DNA of 58,861 bases, counting the filler, from Dirinaria sp. TL-2023a (Eukaryota): assembly GCA_051941275.1 (NCBI GenBank). It is 4 parts of 4 records of this genome, joined end to end, with 100 filler letters (N's around TTAATTAATTAA, not from the genome) between each part and the next. Parts side by side here need not be neighbours in the genome. Positions count along the whole stretch, not along the records: positions 1 to 14,670 come from JAVEBF010000591.1; positions 14,771 to 29,419 come from JAVEBF010000592.1; 2 more parts are not named here. One strand, written 5' to 3'. The notes under the pieces were generated by a model. It did no database searches, had not been told where the DNA came from, and was given only the letters and a program-made list of their open reading frames with translations. Position 1 is the stretch's first letter. The number at the start of each line of letters is the position of its first letter. Below, piece by piece: positions 12,249-26,100 of this stretch. Position numbers and translations under genes: made by a program.

Positions 12249-14670
12249 ATGGACGGCTCACGGGACATTCAATTGGAAAGACCGCAATCGCCCGACCCGT
12301 CACGCCACACACCAAACGCTTATGATGCTGTAGCCACCGAGAGCGACTGGCTAGACGAGGTGGATGATGACGACATGGATTTCGAGCCGGATGCTGAAGA
12401 GAGTGAAGACGCTGAGTTCTTTGATCCGTCTGATGAGGAAGACGATGTCGACTTCCATGGTATAGCCCTGCACCACAAGATTGAGGACCGAGGAGTATTA
12501 TCGCTTGTCAGTGAAGGCTGATGATGGATTCTAGATGCAGACGAGGGCTTGAGCAGTGTCGAGGTCGAAGTAGCCGTAGACGAGGACGACGAGGACGATG
12601 AAACTACAAGTGGGCCAACCAACCAGGCAGCTGGTGGCGCCGGTACTCAGTTTGGCGGGGAACAGGTCGCTGGTGCAGTCCGTTCTGGACATGGCACGTT
12701 GCATGGTAGTTTCTCGATTGGATCCTCCGTCTGTACTAGGCGACTGACGTGTGGAAAGTCACACGGAACCAAATAATGGCACTACTGGGACATGCGGGAC
12801 TTGGAAGCATGTTTGTGAACCATAGCGATTCCCGGTCAGCGGACGATGACGACGACGATTACTATGGCATGAGACGACGGAGACCTAGACGATCAAAACA
12901 CCCTCCTCCACCGGTCCCTAGCGAAGAAGGCACTAGATTGATGCGCTGCGGGACTTTCGGTTGTACAGATCCCTATCAAGATGAACTGAGGCGAAGGAAC
13001 AAGCGGCTTGCCAGGAAGCTACTCAGTAGAGAGCTAGGTGCCGAGCGTGATCACTTGGGCTCCGAGAGCAAACTAGTCTTTCAGGTAAGAAAGAACATTG
13101 TGGCTTGTAAATGATCAAATGCTCATCTTACTCCTCTGTAGGGGCTGATTCCATCATCGAGAGCAGACACCATTATACATTACAACGATCGCTGCTACTC
13201 AGGCCAATTCTCGGACGATGGTAATTTCTTCTTTTGCTGCGCTAAAGACTTCAAGGTCAGGATGTACGACACTTCAAACCCCTACAAGTGGCGTTACTAC
13301 AAGACCGTGACCTACCCGTTTGGCCAGTGGACAATCACAGACGCCTCGCTCAGCCCCGATAACAAGTATCTTGCATACAGTTCTATTCGTAGTATGGTTT
13401 GCCTTGCGCCGACAGATCCAAATGAAACCTCAGAACCGTGGTTGCTTGACTTCTCCGATCCGCCTCCGGGAGCCGGAACCCGTCGGTACCGAGGAGGTTA
13501 TGGTAGAAGTTTCGGTGTAAGTGACCCATCCTTTTAGAGAGCCAAAAACCTTTACTGAATCGAATCTAGATCTGGTCAATTCGATTCTCAGGCGATGGCC
13601 GCGAAATTGTCGCCGGTACAGGAGCTAAGTCAGTGCTAGTCTATGATATCGAGACACGCCAAACAATATTGAGCATCGAGGGCCATCATGATGATGTTAA
13701 CGCTGTCTGCTTTGGGGATACTTCGTCTCCGCACATCCTGTACTCGGGATCTGACGACACCCTTATCAAAGTCTGGGACCGGCGAAGCATGGGCGACAGC
13801 CGCGAAGCCGGTGTCTTTGTAGGCCACACAGAGGGTCTGACCTACGTCGACAGCAAAGGAGATGGGAGGTATGTGCTCAGCAACGGCAAAGACCAGACCA
13901 TGAAACTGTGGGACCTGAGGAAGATGATGTCGACGGAAGAATCATCCAAGATCGATCATGGTCGATATGCTCTGGGATTCGACTACCGCTACATGAACTA
14001 TTCCGAGGTCGGCTACAGACCACACCCGCACGATTGCTCGCTGGTCACCTATCGAGGGCACAGTGTCCTGAAGACGCTGATCCGCTGCCACTTTTCCCCT
14101 CCCAACAGCACCAACTCGCGGTACGTCTACTCCGGCAGCGAGGACGGGACCGTACACATCTACAACCTGGACGCGACGCTGGCCGGGAAGATCAACGTGA
14201 CCGAAGCAACCCAAAATTCAAGGCCACAGGACCCCAACCTCTACTCCCCCGAATACGATTTCGACGACCGAAGTAGCGCGACGTGGAAGACTTGCGTGAG
14301 AGATGCCAGCTGGCACCCCAACGCCCCTATGATCGCAGGTACGCTTTTCGTTTTTTCCTTTCCTCCCACTTTCCCAAACTTCCTTCCTCCAGCATTACCA
14401 AAAAAAAAAAAAAAAAATCTACTAACTTCTCCCCCCCCACACCCCGCCAACAGCAACCTCCTGGAACGGGTGGAACATGGCGACGGGCACCTGCACCGTG
14501 CATAGCTGGAACGACGACGCCTCGGACGACGAAGGCGACCCCAAAATGGGCCGCCGCGTCAACGCCGTCCTCGAGGAATGCGATGACCTCAACGATACTA
14601 CTACCCGCCCCCGCAGCCGGTACCGCACCAACCGGACCCGCAGCCGGCGCGTCCCCGTGGGCATCGTGGA
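12249..14670 (+). CDS. WD40 protein DCAF11/WDR23 (LEC14B)-like; 3' end truncated by contig end
   Basis: Acidic N-terminus; 'CYSGQFSDDGNFFF', 'WTITDASLSPDN', 'GHHDDVNAVCFGD', 'KVWDRR', 'GHTEGLTYVDSKGDGRYVLSNGKDQ', 'VRDASWHP'. No stop before the gap. Confidence 0.9.
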
Positions 14671-14770
14671 NNNNNNNNNNNNNNNNNNNNNNNNNNNNNN
14701 NNNNNNNNNNNNNNTTAATTAATTAANNNNNNNNNNNNNNNNNNNNNNNNNNNNNNNNNNNNNNNNNNNN
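14671..14770. other. Artificial contig spacer (44N-TTAATTAATTAA-44N)
   Basis: Exactly 100 bp; the palindromic 12-mer gives stops in all six frames; identical copies at 29420 and 44158. Confidence 0.97.
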
Positions 14771-14792
14771 AGATGATGAAAGAGGTTATGTT

Positions 14793-17378
14793 CTAAGAAG
14801 AAGCCTCCGGTGTGCTCCGGATATACTGAGCCAGTGTCGTCAGATATCCCTTCGGCGCCGCCGCATGGGTATACTCGCGCGACCCCCTCCGACTTGGCGC
14901 TCGGCTGTTGCTGCTGCCGCCGGCGGCTCCAGCTGCAGTCTCAGTCTCGCCGACGGCGGCATCGGCGAGGTGTTGGAGTCCTGCGCGATCCGGTGCGCCG
15001 TTCGCCCCGCCCGAGGTGATGGTGGTGTTTGTGTCCTGGTGCTGGGCCATGTTGGCCGCGGCGCACTTCTTGAGGGCTGTGAGCCAGTGATCGCCTGCGC
15101 CGGCGGGAATTTTGTCAGCCCAGAGATTCGAAGCGAGGTTGTCGAGGCCGGTTAAGGCTTCGTCTTTGTGCTCCGGGTTCTTGAGCGCTTCGATGAGGAC
15201 CATGGTTGCCAGGGAGGCGAAATGGTGGTTCATGTTGTAGGTCGCTTTTTCGGCGGCGTTGTTGTTGCAGAGCATGTGCGTGACGCGGATGGCTTGGTCC
15301 ATGGTTGATTTGAGGAGGGGGAGACCTTGTCGTTCTGAACGGTTGTAGTAATTGACGAAGAGATCAAGTACTACGCTGAGACATTCGATTGGTGGTGGCA
15401 GGGGTCGATCCTCAAGAGTGTCGCGGATCTGGGTTTTCTCCGCGTGGAGCAGCTTCCATCGCTCGAGGTCGAAGGTGTTGAGAGACATCTCGCTGAGTTT
15501 GGCATCCATTACGTGGCTGAGCACGGACGAGGAGCCTGACGGAGGTTAGCACCGTGCGTTTGGTAGGTAAGTATCTAGTGATAAAATTACGTAGTAGATA
15601 GTAGCCGATATCACCGAGTATGGCGTGGTCATCGGGGCATAGCTCCGTCAGTTCGTCTGAAACTATGCTGGGACTGGCGATACCAGCAGCATGCCAGCGC
15701 TCCAAGGTCACGAAAGTGAGCCAAGCCCGTCTTGCAAGCAAGTGATGCTCGTCGAGATTGTGGCCGATGAGCTTTCCAGCATCTCGAACGTGGCGTATGT
15801 GATAGAAGTGGAAACTCGCTGCGCCGAACGCCTGTGAGAACCAGCCCAGGTGGTCGGTGTTGGCGGGTCCACTCATCTCAGTAGCGAAAATCATCAAGAG
15901 GATGGCTTGCAGCGTGACCAACTTTTCTTCGGAGCTCTGCGTAGCGTGCTGCTGCTTCTGCAAGTCAAACACAAGTCTTGCGGACTCGTTGCGCGAGCTG
16001 TCACGGTTGTTGCCTGGTATTGGATCGTGATGCCCTGGCTGCGCGAGCGCCTGCAGAGCACTCCAGAACGCTTTGCGAGTAGTTGGTGCGACATCGGCAA
16101 TGATAAAAAATAGATGCATTTGCTTATGGGGCAGAAAGGGGAAAAAAGGGTGAATATGCTGATAGTAGCTATAAGGTCTATGTGAGCACTGCTTAGCTTT
16201 GACACAAATAAAAAACTTACAAATCAAGAGATTCTCGAATTCCTTCAGTAGCATGCTCCTTTAGAAGAGTGTGCTCTACTGCGTCGGAAGCTGAAGCCAA
16301 GTTCCGATCAAGACTTTGCTGAGACGGAGCACGGTCGTTCATATCCAAAGACTGTGTTCGTGGATCTGTCGATGGCAGGCCCTTGGACCAATGGGAACCA
16401 AATGCAGGACTCGGGCCGTTGTCGTTGACTTCAGGGCCCTGACCTTCGAGGAAAGGCTCCGTGTGCAAGCCTTGTGAACTCGAATGTGCTCTCTTTCTTG
16501 AGCTATAGCTATTTTCTATAGGACTCTCCATATAATTCGTTGGCAAACCTGGTTGCTGGTGATGAGCTACCGGTGTCATGTTGGCATATGGCACTTCTGG
16601 GCTACGTTGAAGCCGCTCCGTTTCAAGCGCTCCGACCCGCTCCGCTAGCTCTTTGATATATCTGCATCACATTGCTTAGTAAGGCATTTTCGCATTCCAA
16701 ACACATGTCTCGCACCCTTTGCTCGGTCCTCTTTTCTGGGGCTCCCTGCTAAACTCGCACATTTGATTGTTGCGTCTGCATCCAACACATTGCTGGCCCA
16801 CAGAGCCTGGGATTTCGTCACAGCGTGTCTGAAGATGTCAGCAACTGGCTTGGGAAGGATAAAAAAGTATCATCCTGCAAGCTGAAGATGATACTTTAAT
16901 AGGGTTTGAGGACAAAGGAGAGATTGAGAGCATGGCCTTTCATGATACGGTCTTGAAAGGAAGTAGAACGGCAACAAAAAGGCCCATAATGGTACAACAC
17001 TAGCAGTGAAGGACAAGTTGATGGATTCTTGCGACATACCTTTTTTGCTCTACACTGGTCACAAGCTCGAGAGGTCTTGGTTCGTTTGCCAGCAGGAGCG
17101 GCAAGATTTGGATCCTGTGATGCAGGCAATTGGTTCTGTATCTGAACCCTAGGACTGCTTTGACCCGCTTGATACTGATTTGCAATATGATGATCTCTCG
17201 ATGCAAACATGTTGGCTTCACTGACATGGCTGTTGAGTGTCGATGATCCTTGATGCCGGCCCGAAGAATGCATATCCATCCCTTCAGGCGGCGATTGCTG
17301 CTGGGCGTGGAAGAAAGGATGTGCGCCTTCTGCCATCTGCGACTGAGTGGGAGAAGGATAGGAAGTTGGTTGTGCCAT
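14793..17378 (-). CDS. Zn(II)2Cys6 transcription factor, RGT1-like, with fungal-specific TF domain
   Basis: Spliced zinc cluster 'RACDQCRAKK|TRCDEIPGSVGQQCVGCRRNNQMCEFSREPQKRGPSKG|YIKELAERV' resembles the yeast Rgt1 zinc cluster. Middle region 'YYQHIHPFFPFLP...LARRAW..LERWHA'. About 5 exons. Confidence 0.85.
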
Positions 17379-19023
17379 ATTTGAATATAGTGAATGTCCA
17401 CTGATATCGATCTACACTGGTGATGACAGGAGTGTGGGTGCAGGTGTGAGAGATTCTTGGCAGTTGAGGTTCCATATCCACGCGTTTTGACGCTAACGGC
17501 TTTGGGAATGGCGTGACTTTGCAGAAGCCCATACTTCCCCTCAGGTGAATCCTGTTCATTGTATACATTCTGTCGAACAGCAGATGGGTGATATAGGGCT
17601 TTCTAAGCCCCAAGAAGTATTCCAAGCCCAATGTGCGGTTGATGCCCCGGACCGAAGATTTCTCCGAATTTCAAAAACTAGCGCGATTACTCTACTTTCC
17701 AGACTGCTTTGGAGAAGACTTGCTCATCGCTTTGTTACTGACATCTAATCTATCTCTATATCCGTCTATTCAATATCATCTGAAATCGTTATGGGCGCGT
17801 GTGAGTCGATGTGCTCTCACTACCACCATCACCTAGACAGTTTCGCCTACGATCACTTTTCCCGTTCTCACATCCAGGCACAGACCACATAATCGAGAAC
17901 CCCTACATGATTAGTCTGAACTGGAAGATCTGTATCCTGAACAAGGCGCTAGATTTAAGTTGGACACAATTCGAGGACTCGCTCAAGTACCTCGATGTGA
18001 GATGAATTCGAAACACTGGACGTTGCTGCCCCCTGCAGTAAACCCTTTCCCGCGTGTTGGCTGATTACCTTAGGTTGAGCGAGGCTCGATAAATTATCGT
18101 AATGCTGATTGAGTAGTATGATTTCCCCGTTCATAGAGAAAGAAATAGAAAGTCCGATTGCTCCCATTGTACAGTACATAGAGGACCGAGGACCCCTCGG
18201 ACTCGGAGTTGAGATTAGGTGAATGATAAGGTAGGGCTGAGCTGTTATCGAACGTCTGACGCCTTGGCACACTAGCCCAGAAAGGGCTAGCACAGGAATT
18301 TCTCCACGAATCGATCGTGAGTCGTACTTTAGGTCAGTAAGCTTGGCTTGTGAAGGGAGCTTGGATCACTTCAACCTTTGTCTTTCCAGCCAAATAACTT
18401 TCAATCACCACGTTTCACTTGCCGAGCTCGTGCACCATCTATCAATTCTGCTTGTACAATCCTAGGCTCACATTGCGCAATATTCAGAATTGGGTTCGGT
18501 ACTTGAAGTAGACCCACGGGACATGAGCAGGTGACTCTTTGCGCGGCAGAGTCATATTCAAAAAAGGTCCTCATTGCTCAATATCTACAATATGGTAGCC
18601 TGACAGTTCTCCCATTGGCACTGCTCTCATCTAGTGTCTTCGTAAGTAGCATCTCAGTCTCAAGATTATCCTCAGGCACTAACAGCCTTGCCCCTCGCTG
18701 TCAGGCACCTTTTCACTCGGCTTCAAGGATAACCAGAAGCGTCTCAGGTTGTCAACATAAGTATGTGAAAGAGGTGCACCCGTTGTCTATGAGCTTGGGG
18801 CTCAGAGATTTTGGCGAGGCGCTGCACTGTCTATCAGCTGTTGCTTAGTTGAAAAGGAGGCTCTGTCCTAAGGCTAGCTCATCCTAGTCCCTGTCATGGC
18901 ATTCAACACTTCTGCCTTCTCGTCCTCCATACACCGAAAAGCTGCCTACCCCTAGACCTTGCCGGTTCTTATCCTTCTCGAAGTATTACTTGAACACATT
19001 TTCCCCAAAGTTGTGCACACAAC

Positions 19024-21915
19024 ATGCATCAGCACCCCAGACCGTCGCCCGTGATAGGGTCGCCAGCCACTTCCTCTAGGACGACTCCCACAAGATCGAA
19101 CAATCCTAGAGAAGAAGAGAGGGAGGTGGTAGGGGCAGAAAGCGAGAGGCGAGCTGGCACACCGGATAGCTTTAGTACAGGAGCGAGAGCTCAGGAAGTC
19201 ACTGCTCGCGATAAAGACTCCATGACGCGGCTCGACCAGGTCGTTCAGGTCGGTGTCAACCGCGTTGTACGAGCGTCCAGGTCATGGCTGACTTTTGAAT
19301 AGAATTACTTCACCAAAGCTGCCCTCATCATTCTTCAAGCAAGAGTCACTCTGCCACCGGCGTTCGCGAAAGGCTCGAATGTCAAGAGAGTCAATAAGTG
19401 GTTCAACGTTGAGCTAGGTGAAACGGAAGCGATACGAGACGACCTGCAAGTATGGAAGAGCTGTGGGTCTATTAGCGCTAGGCCACCAACTATGGTCATT
19501 GAGACCTACCTTGATACGGAGGATCTGACAAATAATCAAAGCCTGGCCCTGGTCGACGAGCTTGGAAGAAGATGGGATGTGGAAGAAGCCCTGAATGCGT
19601 CACCGGCATCCTCTGGAGGAAGTGCTCGGAAGAAGAGATCCGAGGTCACACTCGAGCGGTGGCAAGTCAAACTCAACGAGCCCCTTGAAGCTATACCGCA
19701 GAATCTCAGCTCTATGCTCCCTCGCGTTTACAGAAACAGCATAGTGTTATACCGCTCGCTTTTCACGTACGCGAAGCTCCTGCCTGCTTGGCAATTTTGC
19801 AAGAAAGCTTCGAAGGGCAGGTCTTCCCAAGGGTTCCCCAAGCTAAAGTATAGGATATTAGCAGGGTCAAGACCGCAAAGCAGGACCGATACTCTTTTAA
19901 TGCCGCTGTTCGACCATCACGGCGATGTCGTTGAGGAATTTTCTTTCGACCCAATTGACTCGCCTGCAGGCCTTCTAAGCATTCACGTAACATACCGATA
20001 CCACTGCGACTTTCGGATTGTAGACTCGGAGGCATTGCTGAGCTCGCACTTCATGGGCATGGATGACCAGTTCTTTGAACCTTCCCTGGGTCCAAAACCT
20101 ATTGTCGACCAGCCAGAAAAAAGTGCAGCGGCTCGGAAAACCGAGGTTGGATCTCTCCCACCGCAACGAGGCGGGCAAAGACCACGTCCAGACCACTCTC
20201 AAGCTTACGGAAGCTTGTCAACCTTTCACCAAGTTGGGCCCCAAGCTGGCTCAAGTCCATTGTCGGCTCTTCGAGAAGCGGGCGATATGGGCCGCCAGTC
20301 TCCCATCGGTCCGGCGTCGAACCGGCCCCCAAGCAATACGTCGCTGCAAGGATCAAAATCGTCTCTTCGGTCTACCGAGGGAGCTCCCAAGGTAGGACGA
20401 CGACCATCTGTGTCTTTCATGCCATTCAAAACGCCCTCATTGTCTGCTTCGCCTTCTCAGGCAGAGCAGGCCAATACCGCAACTCGACCAGCTTCAGTCG
20501 GGAGGGCTTCGGCATTGAGTTCATTGGCTGAGGCTCGGGCGCCTGCGACGCTAAGTCCGCATGGTTCGGTTCCATCACGAGGCTCACCTAACATGCCACC
20601 AGTGTCAGGGTCAGGATCAGGGTCAAGCTCACCAAAACCAGCCCCAGCACCACGTTATACGAGCAGCTTTGGACACAGAAAAGCGAAGCTCTCCACAGGC
20701 GGCAGCAAGACGGAAGACGACAACAGCAGTGGCAAGACAAGTTTGACCTCTTCTGCTGCACAGCCCGGCTCTGGTGTCTTAGCTGAAGGCGGAGGAAGCT
20801 CAGGCTCAATTCATACAGACGATGACAATATCTCCGACTTTCTGAAGATGCTTGATCGAAAGAAGGACCTAAAGAGTTTCCGAGCTTCAAAAGACCAGGC
20901 CGTCAACGAAGCCGCCACGAGACGGACAAGCGCAGCTCTGACCAAATTCCAGCAAATGCGAGAGTCAAATGCGGCCCTCTCAGATTCCATGTCTTCTTCA
21001 CTACTACTCCATCGCTCCTCAACCTCCAGCAGCCGTCAACTCTCCAGTGTTCCCCCAATGATCGCAGGTACATCCACGTCTACATCCTCGTCACCGGGAA
21101 AGCCCATATCCCCACACACTCCACATACCCCCGCCATCCCCTCACGACTGTCGGCAAATAGCATCATCGAGTACCCGCGTACAGAACCCCGTCAAGTCCA
21201 GCATGCCCGTCGTGAACGCCGGCCGAGCATCTCCCGCGACTCCAGTACCGGCGCAATTGATATCCCCACGTCTCCGCGCCCCTTCCATCCCTCATACCGC
21301 CGCTCAAGTTCCGTGGCTCAACAGTCACGTGCACTGCCCGTGGATGATGACCTGGGCGATATCTTCCCCTTCGGCCTGCGAAGCGCCAGCCTCGGTACCG
21401 ATGACAGGCCGCAGCTCACGCTCAGCGAATTAGCGGGCTTGACGGGCATGCCAGAGGGTACAGCAGTGGAGGATCCGGTGCCCGAAGACTCAAACGAAGG
21501 CCGCCAAATGTACGGCCCGCTGCCGAGGCCTGATGAGCATGGATGTGAGCCAATGGCCAGGCAACCCTCTTCCAGCCTCGAAGGGCGAAGTGGCGGACCG
21601 TTGCGAGGTGTGCCGTATCGGCCGCGCATCGGCCGCGCGAGTGGTAGCCGTCAGGACAGTTTGTCCAGCTTGGGTGAAAGAGGCAGTGGCAGCGAGAGCT
21701 CGGACCAACGGAGTCGGCGGTATAGCTCGAGCCGGCCGAGCACGCATGCGCTGGAGGAGGGTGAGCCGCTATTGTTTGCTATGAGCGATTTCGGCGCCGT
21801 CGCCGCTCATCATCAGCAGGGCCGGAGGAGTCTGGAGGAGGCTAATCGTGGAGGTGGAGGTGGTGGGGACTCGGCCGGCTCGTCGAGAAGAGCTAGTCGA
21901 CGCGGCGGATATTGA
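19024..21915 (+). CDS. ATG13: Autophagy-related protein 13
   Basis: MHQHPR start, intron about 19249-19302. HORMA motifs 'QNYFTKAALII', 'NKWFNVEL', 'MVIETYLDT', 'LERW', 'RSLFTYAKLLPAW', then a long Ser/Pro-rich tail with 'DDDNISDFLKMLD' and 'EPLLFAMSD'. Confidence 0.93.
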
Positions 21916-23117
21916 TGACGCCAGAAAGAAGCAAATCTCTCTTTTTCTTTTTTTTCCTTCCGTCGGCGCAAGAGGCGCGTTTCTTCACAGGGAGACCTCC
22001 TTCGAGGAGTTTGAAGAGGGTCCGACAGTATTCACTTGACTAGCACGCGGCGGCATGGAATCATCTCGGCGTCAAATAGTAAGGCAATTTCGCTTCATAC
22101 ATTCTGATATCATGTTTCCAGCGACAGAAAGGCAAGAAGGGCTACCTAAGATTCTGTATAGACCTCCTGGTTGGTGGATGGGCGAATCAGGCTTAGGACA
22201 TTTAAATGGGGCGAACAGTAGGGAGATAAGGTATTACAGCGTGCGCAGAGGGATTTGTTTATATAGAACGAGTCAGCAAATAAAAAGAAAGGCAATCAAG
22301 AAATGAGGATTCCGAAAAAGCAGGGATTTAAAGTAATAATGCACAAAAAAAAAAAAATCCATATATTTGCTTTTTCGGCATTCTTGTTATCTTTTCTTTT
22401 CTTTTTTTTTTTTTTTCAAAATTATTCAATTGTTTTTTGAGAGGATTAGTGTGGGAACAAGGGAAGTGAGGACGAAGTTTTTAGGCTGCATAATCGCCGG
22501 CGTGTTGATGATGATAAGTAGGTATGAATTTGGTTTTTGAGCAATCCAGATGGAATTACCTACTACAGGTGCCCTACTTTATGGTAGCTTGCTGTAACAT
22601 GATGTATGTACTCTGTATGTACTCTGAAATGGCATAAGGTACTCCGTAAAGTAGGTAGATTTGGGCCAATCGAATGATCAATCGGTGCCAAGAAATCTTA
22701 TGGTCGTGCTCCCTTTGATGTCTCTGATTGGTCAGAACTCAATCTAGCATGACGCGCACTGTACATACATATTTGTACCTTACATTTCATCGGTTTCCAG
22801 CTGCCATATGAAAAGAGCTCTCCATATCCATAGACAGGATCTTCATCCTCCTCATCGCTTACAATCGAAGCGCTCGAAACCCTATAGCGTAATAGAACGC
22901 GAGACCGAGCACCTACCTATCGATACCTCTAGAGCGACATCGTGGAACATTTATCGGCAGCTGCGCAGTCTTCCACACCTTCCCACCCATACCTCATCGA
23001 GGAGCCTCTAGTCTCCCTCCAGCGCCTTTAAACACGCCGTAACCCTTCGAGGTTACAGCGAGGCGCATCCTCCGGGGGCGACGGGAAGCTTCTCCCCTCG
23101 CTCTCTTTCGCTAGCAT

Positions 23118-26100
23118 ATGAGTACCCTTCTCTGGAAATACTTCTTCGAAAATGACGTCCAGAAGTTTCGCCAGGTGCTGGAAAACGCTGTCCATAATCC
23201 ATCGGCGGGTTCGTCCAAGAACAGTGTTGTTGGACGGGGAGGCATTACTGGCACAACGCCCAGTCCAGGGACAAGTCTATCAGCTTCACCGACCTTAAGC
23301 AAGGGAAAGAGGGTTCATGGCGCGCAAACCCGCGGGAATCCGACTTCGAGCCGTATAGATGTGAACTGGCAAGATCAGCATGGCGTTACATTGCTGCACT
23401 ACATTGCAACCTCTCCAAAGGAGACGGCATTTGGTTTCGCCCAAGCGCTAATTCAAGTACCGTTCTTGGACCTCTACATACAGGATGCTGAGAGTGGCTG
23501 GACAGCCCTGCATCGTGCCTTGTATTTCGGCAATGTGTCGATTGCTCGAGCATTGTTGAACCGAGATATCAACGACGCCATTGGCCACGGTCACCTTGGG
23601 ACGCATCAGGGAGCTGGAGGTCTGATCAAGGTCAAGGACCATGAAGGCAAGAGCCCTTTTGACGTATACGCAGCCACGATCACAAGAAGGGTCATACATC
23701 AAGGTCCGAGCATGTACACACTGTCTGGATCGTCCGATAGTGAGGACGATGATCTGGCTCATGGCGTGAGTGGTGACAACGATAATGACGATTCGGGTAG
23801 TAAGCACATTGCGCCTAACATCGTGGTCAATGGTGATCAGGTGTTCGCTTTCGGCAGCAACAAGAATTTTACTTTGGGTTTTGGGGACGAGGACGACCGG
23901 CAATACCCCGAAAGGGTCACTTTGACACGCCCAGATCATTTGCTTAAACGGCTTAATGCCGATCACGAGTCATTGATAAGTGCATCTGCGTGGGCGCCGT
24001 CAGCATCGCCAACATCGACAAAACCATCACCGCTGCCTGCGCTAGTCCAGTATCGCCCAATCATTATACAGGATGTCCAGCTCTCGAAGCTGCATTCCTC
24101 GATACTGACCACTGATCCAGAGGCCAACCTTTACATGTGTGGTTTCGGATCGGGCGGCAGACTTGGCACAGGCGATGAAACTACTAGATTTCATTACGTC
24201 CCAGTTTTCGGTGGAGGGCTTATGGGCAAGAAAGTGAATCAGGTGGGACTTGGTCAGAACCACACGATAGCCATTTCCAGTCATGGTGAGGCGTTCACCT
24301 GGGGAATTAATGCGTTTGGTCAGCTTGGCTACGCCTCGGCTACTCCAAGGTTTCCAAACGAGGAGCCGGTTCAGCTCCTCCCGCGCCAGATCTTCGGATC
24401 TCTCAAACGCGAAGTTGTCATAGGCGCTGCAGCGTCTCGGATCCACAGTGTAGTTTATACTCCCAACTCATTGTTTACCTTCGGTAAGAATGAGGGTCAA
24501 CTTGGCCTGGTCGATTCGGATGCCCGATCATTGATCGTACAAGGTACGCCTCGAAAGGTTGCAGCGGCTCTATTCGCATCTCCCATAACTGCCGTTTCAG
24601 CTATCGATACTGCAACGGTGTGTCTTCTCGAGAACCATGATGTATGGGTATTCGCCAATTATGGATACACCAAAATGGCGTTTCCGCTGGAAAGCTTTTC
24701 AAATTATTTCCTGAGAAGTAGCTATGCTGCTACCAGGTACAGCAGCACTCCGAACGAGATCTGCAAAATCACCGCCGGAGGAGATACCATCTGTGCCTTA
24801 TCGAGCATGGGCGACGTCTTTACCACACATGTGACCCAGAACGTGGAAACGGCAGCCGCGAGCACGTCGACTACAAACCCTTCGAAAATTCGTGGCGCTT
24901 TGTCCGCTGTACAGCGGGTTTGGTCAATGAACAGGGGGCAGATGGCCGTCACAGACGTTGATGTGGGTCAAGATGGATCAGTCATCATCTGCACAGACTC
25001 TGGATCTGTTTGGAGAAGAGTTAAGCGGGCTAAAATAAAAGATACCCAGTACTCAGGCTGCATGGCATATAAGTCCAAGGATTACAAGTTCTCCCGGGTC
25101 CCCGGATTAACGAAGATTACTGCAGTCAGGAGCAACGCGTTCGGTGCGTATGCTGCTATTCGGAAAGACTCTGATGTCCTCCAATCACAAATAGGGGTAG
25201 ATAGTCCAGCACTGTGGAAAGACATATTCCCACTTCTTCCTTTACGGAGCCTAGGTATTGCAGAAGACCCCGATTCAGACCAGCCAGCACTGCGTTTCTG
25301 GGTATCAAGCCCACCAACGAACGACACATCTTGCATTCGGCGCGGTGTGCTGGCTGCAGATAATCTAGAGCATCAGCTGCCGCCGATCCTAAGTAATCTA
25401 GAGTTGTCAGATTCTCTCGGTTATGATCTACGTATCGGATCGACAGCCTCCGAGGTGGTTTTCCCTGTCCATGAATTTGTCTTAGCTGGCCGCAGCGAGA
25501 TCATGAGACGCGCGCTTATGGACTTCCGCCAGAACTATTTTTTGAGTGTAGCAGATGTCATGACGATTGAATACGACAGCGAAGGCAAAGTGCTTGTCAA
25601 CTTCAAAGGTGCTGATCTTCTGACGGTGTTGAATGTTGTGCTCTATATCTACACTGATAGCCTGGTTGATGTGTGGCACCAAACGAGGCATGCTCCTAAG
25701 TTAGCTTCCAAGTACCGACAAGTACGCTTAGAAATAATGAAGATTGCGGCGGGCTTGGAAATGAAAAGCCTTGAGCAGGCTGTGCGGCTTATGGTAGAGC
25801 CCTCAAAAACGTTGCACAATGATCTTGGACATGCCATAAGGCATCCAGATTTCTTTAATACCGGCGATGTCGAACTTAAGCTTGATGGTCAAAGCTTGAT
25901 GGTACACAGTGCAATGATTTGCCATCGATGTCCCTTCTTTGAAGGGCTGTTCCATGGTCGGGCTGGTGGTGCATGGCTTTCTTCCAGGCAAGGGCACGAG
26001 GCCCAAGAAAGAATCGAAGTTGACTTGACGCACATTGATCCAGCCATTTTCCAATTGGTTCTACAGCATATTTACGCGGATGCCGGCGAAGCGATCTTCA

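Noticed and set aside
14715..14726. TTAATTAATTAA palindrome repeated three times as a biological element
   Set aside because: It is embedded symmetrically in N runs of fixed length; a synthetic six-frame stop linker.
14793..17378. Zn2Cys6 factor as pathway-specific regulator of the car cluster
   Set aside because: It is separated from the cluster by an artificial join and resembles the conserved Rgt1-like family.
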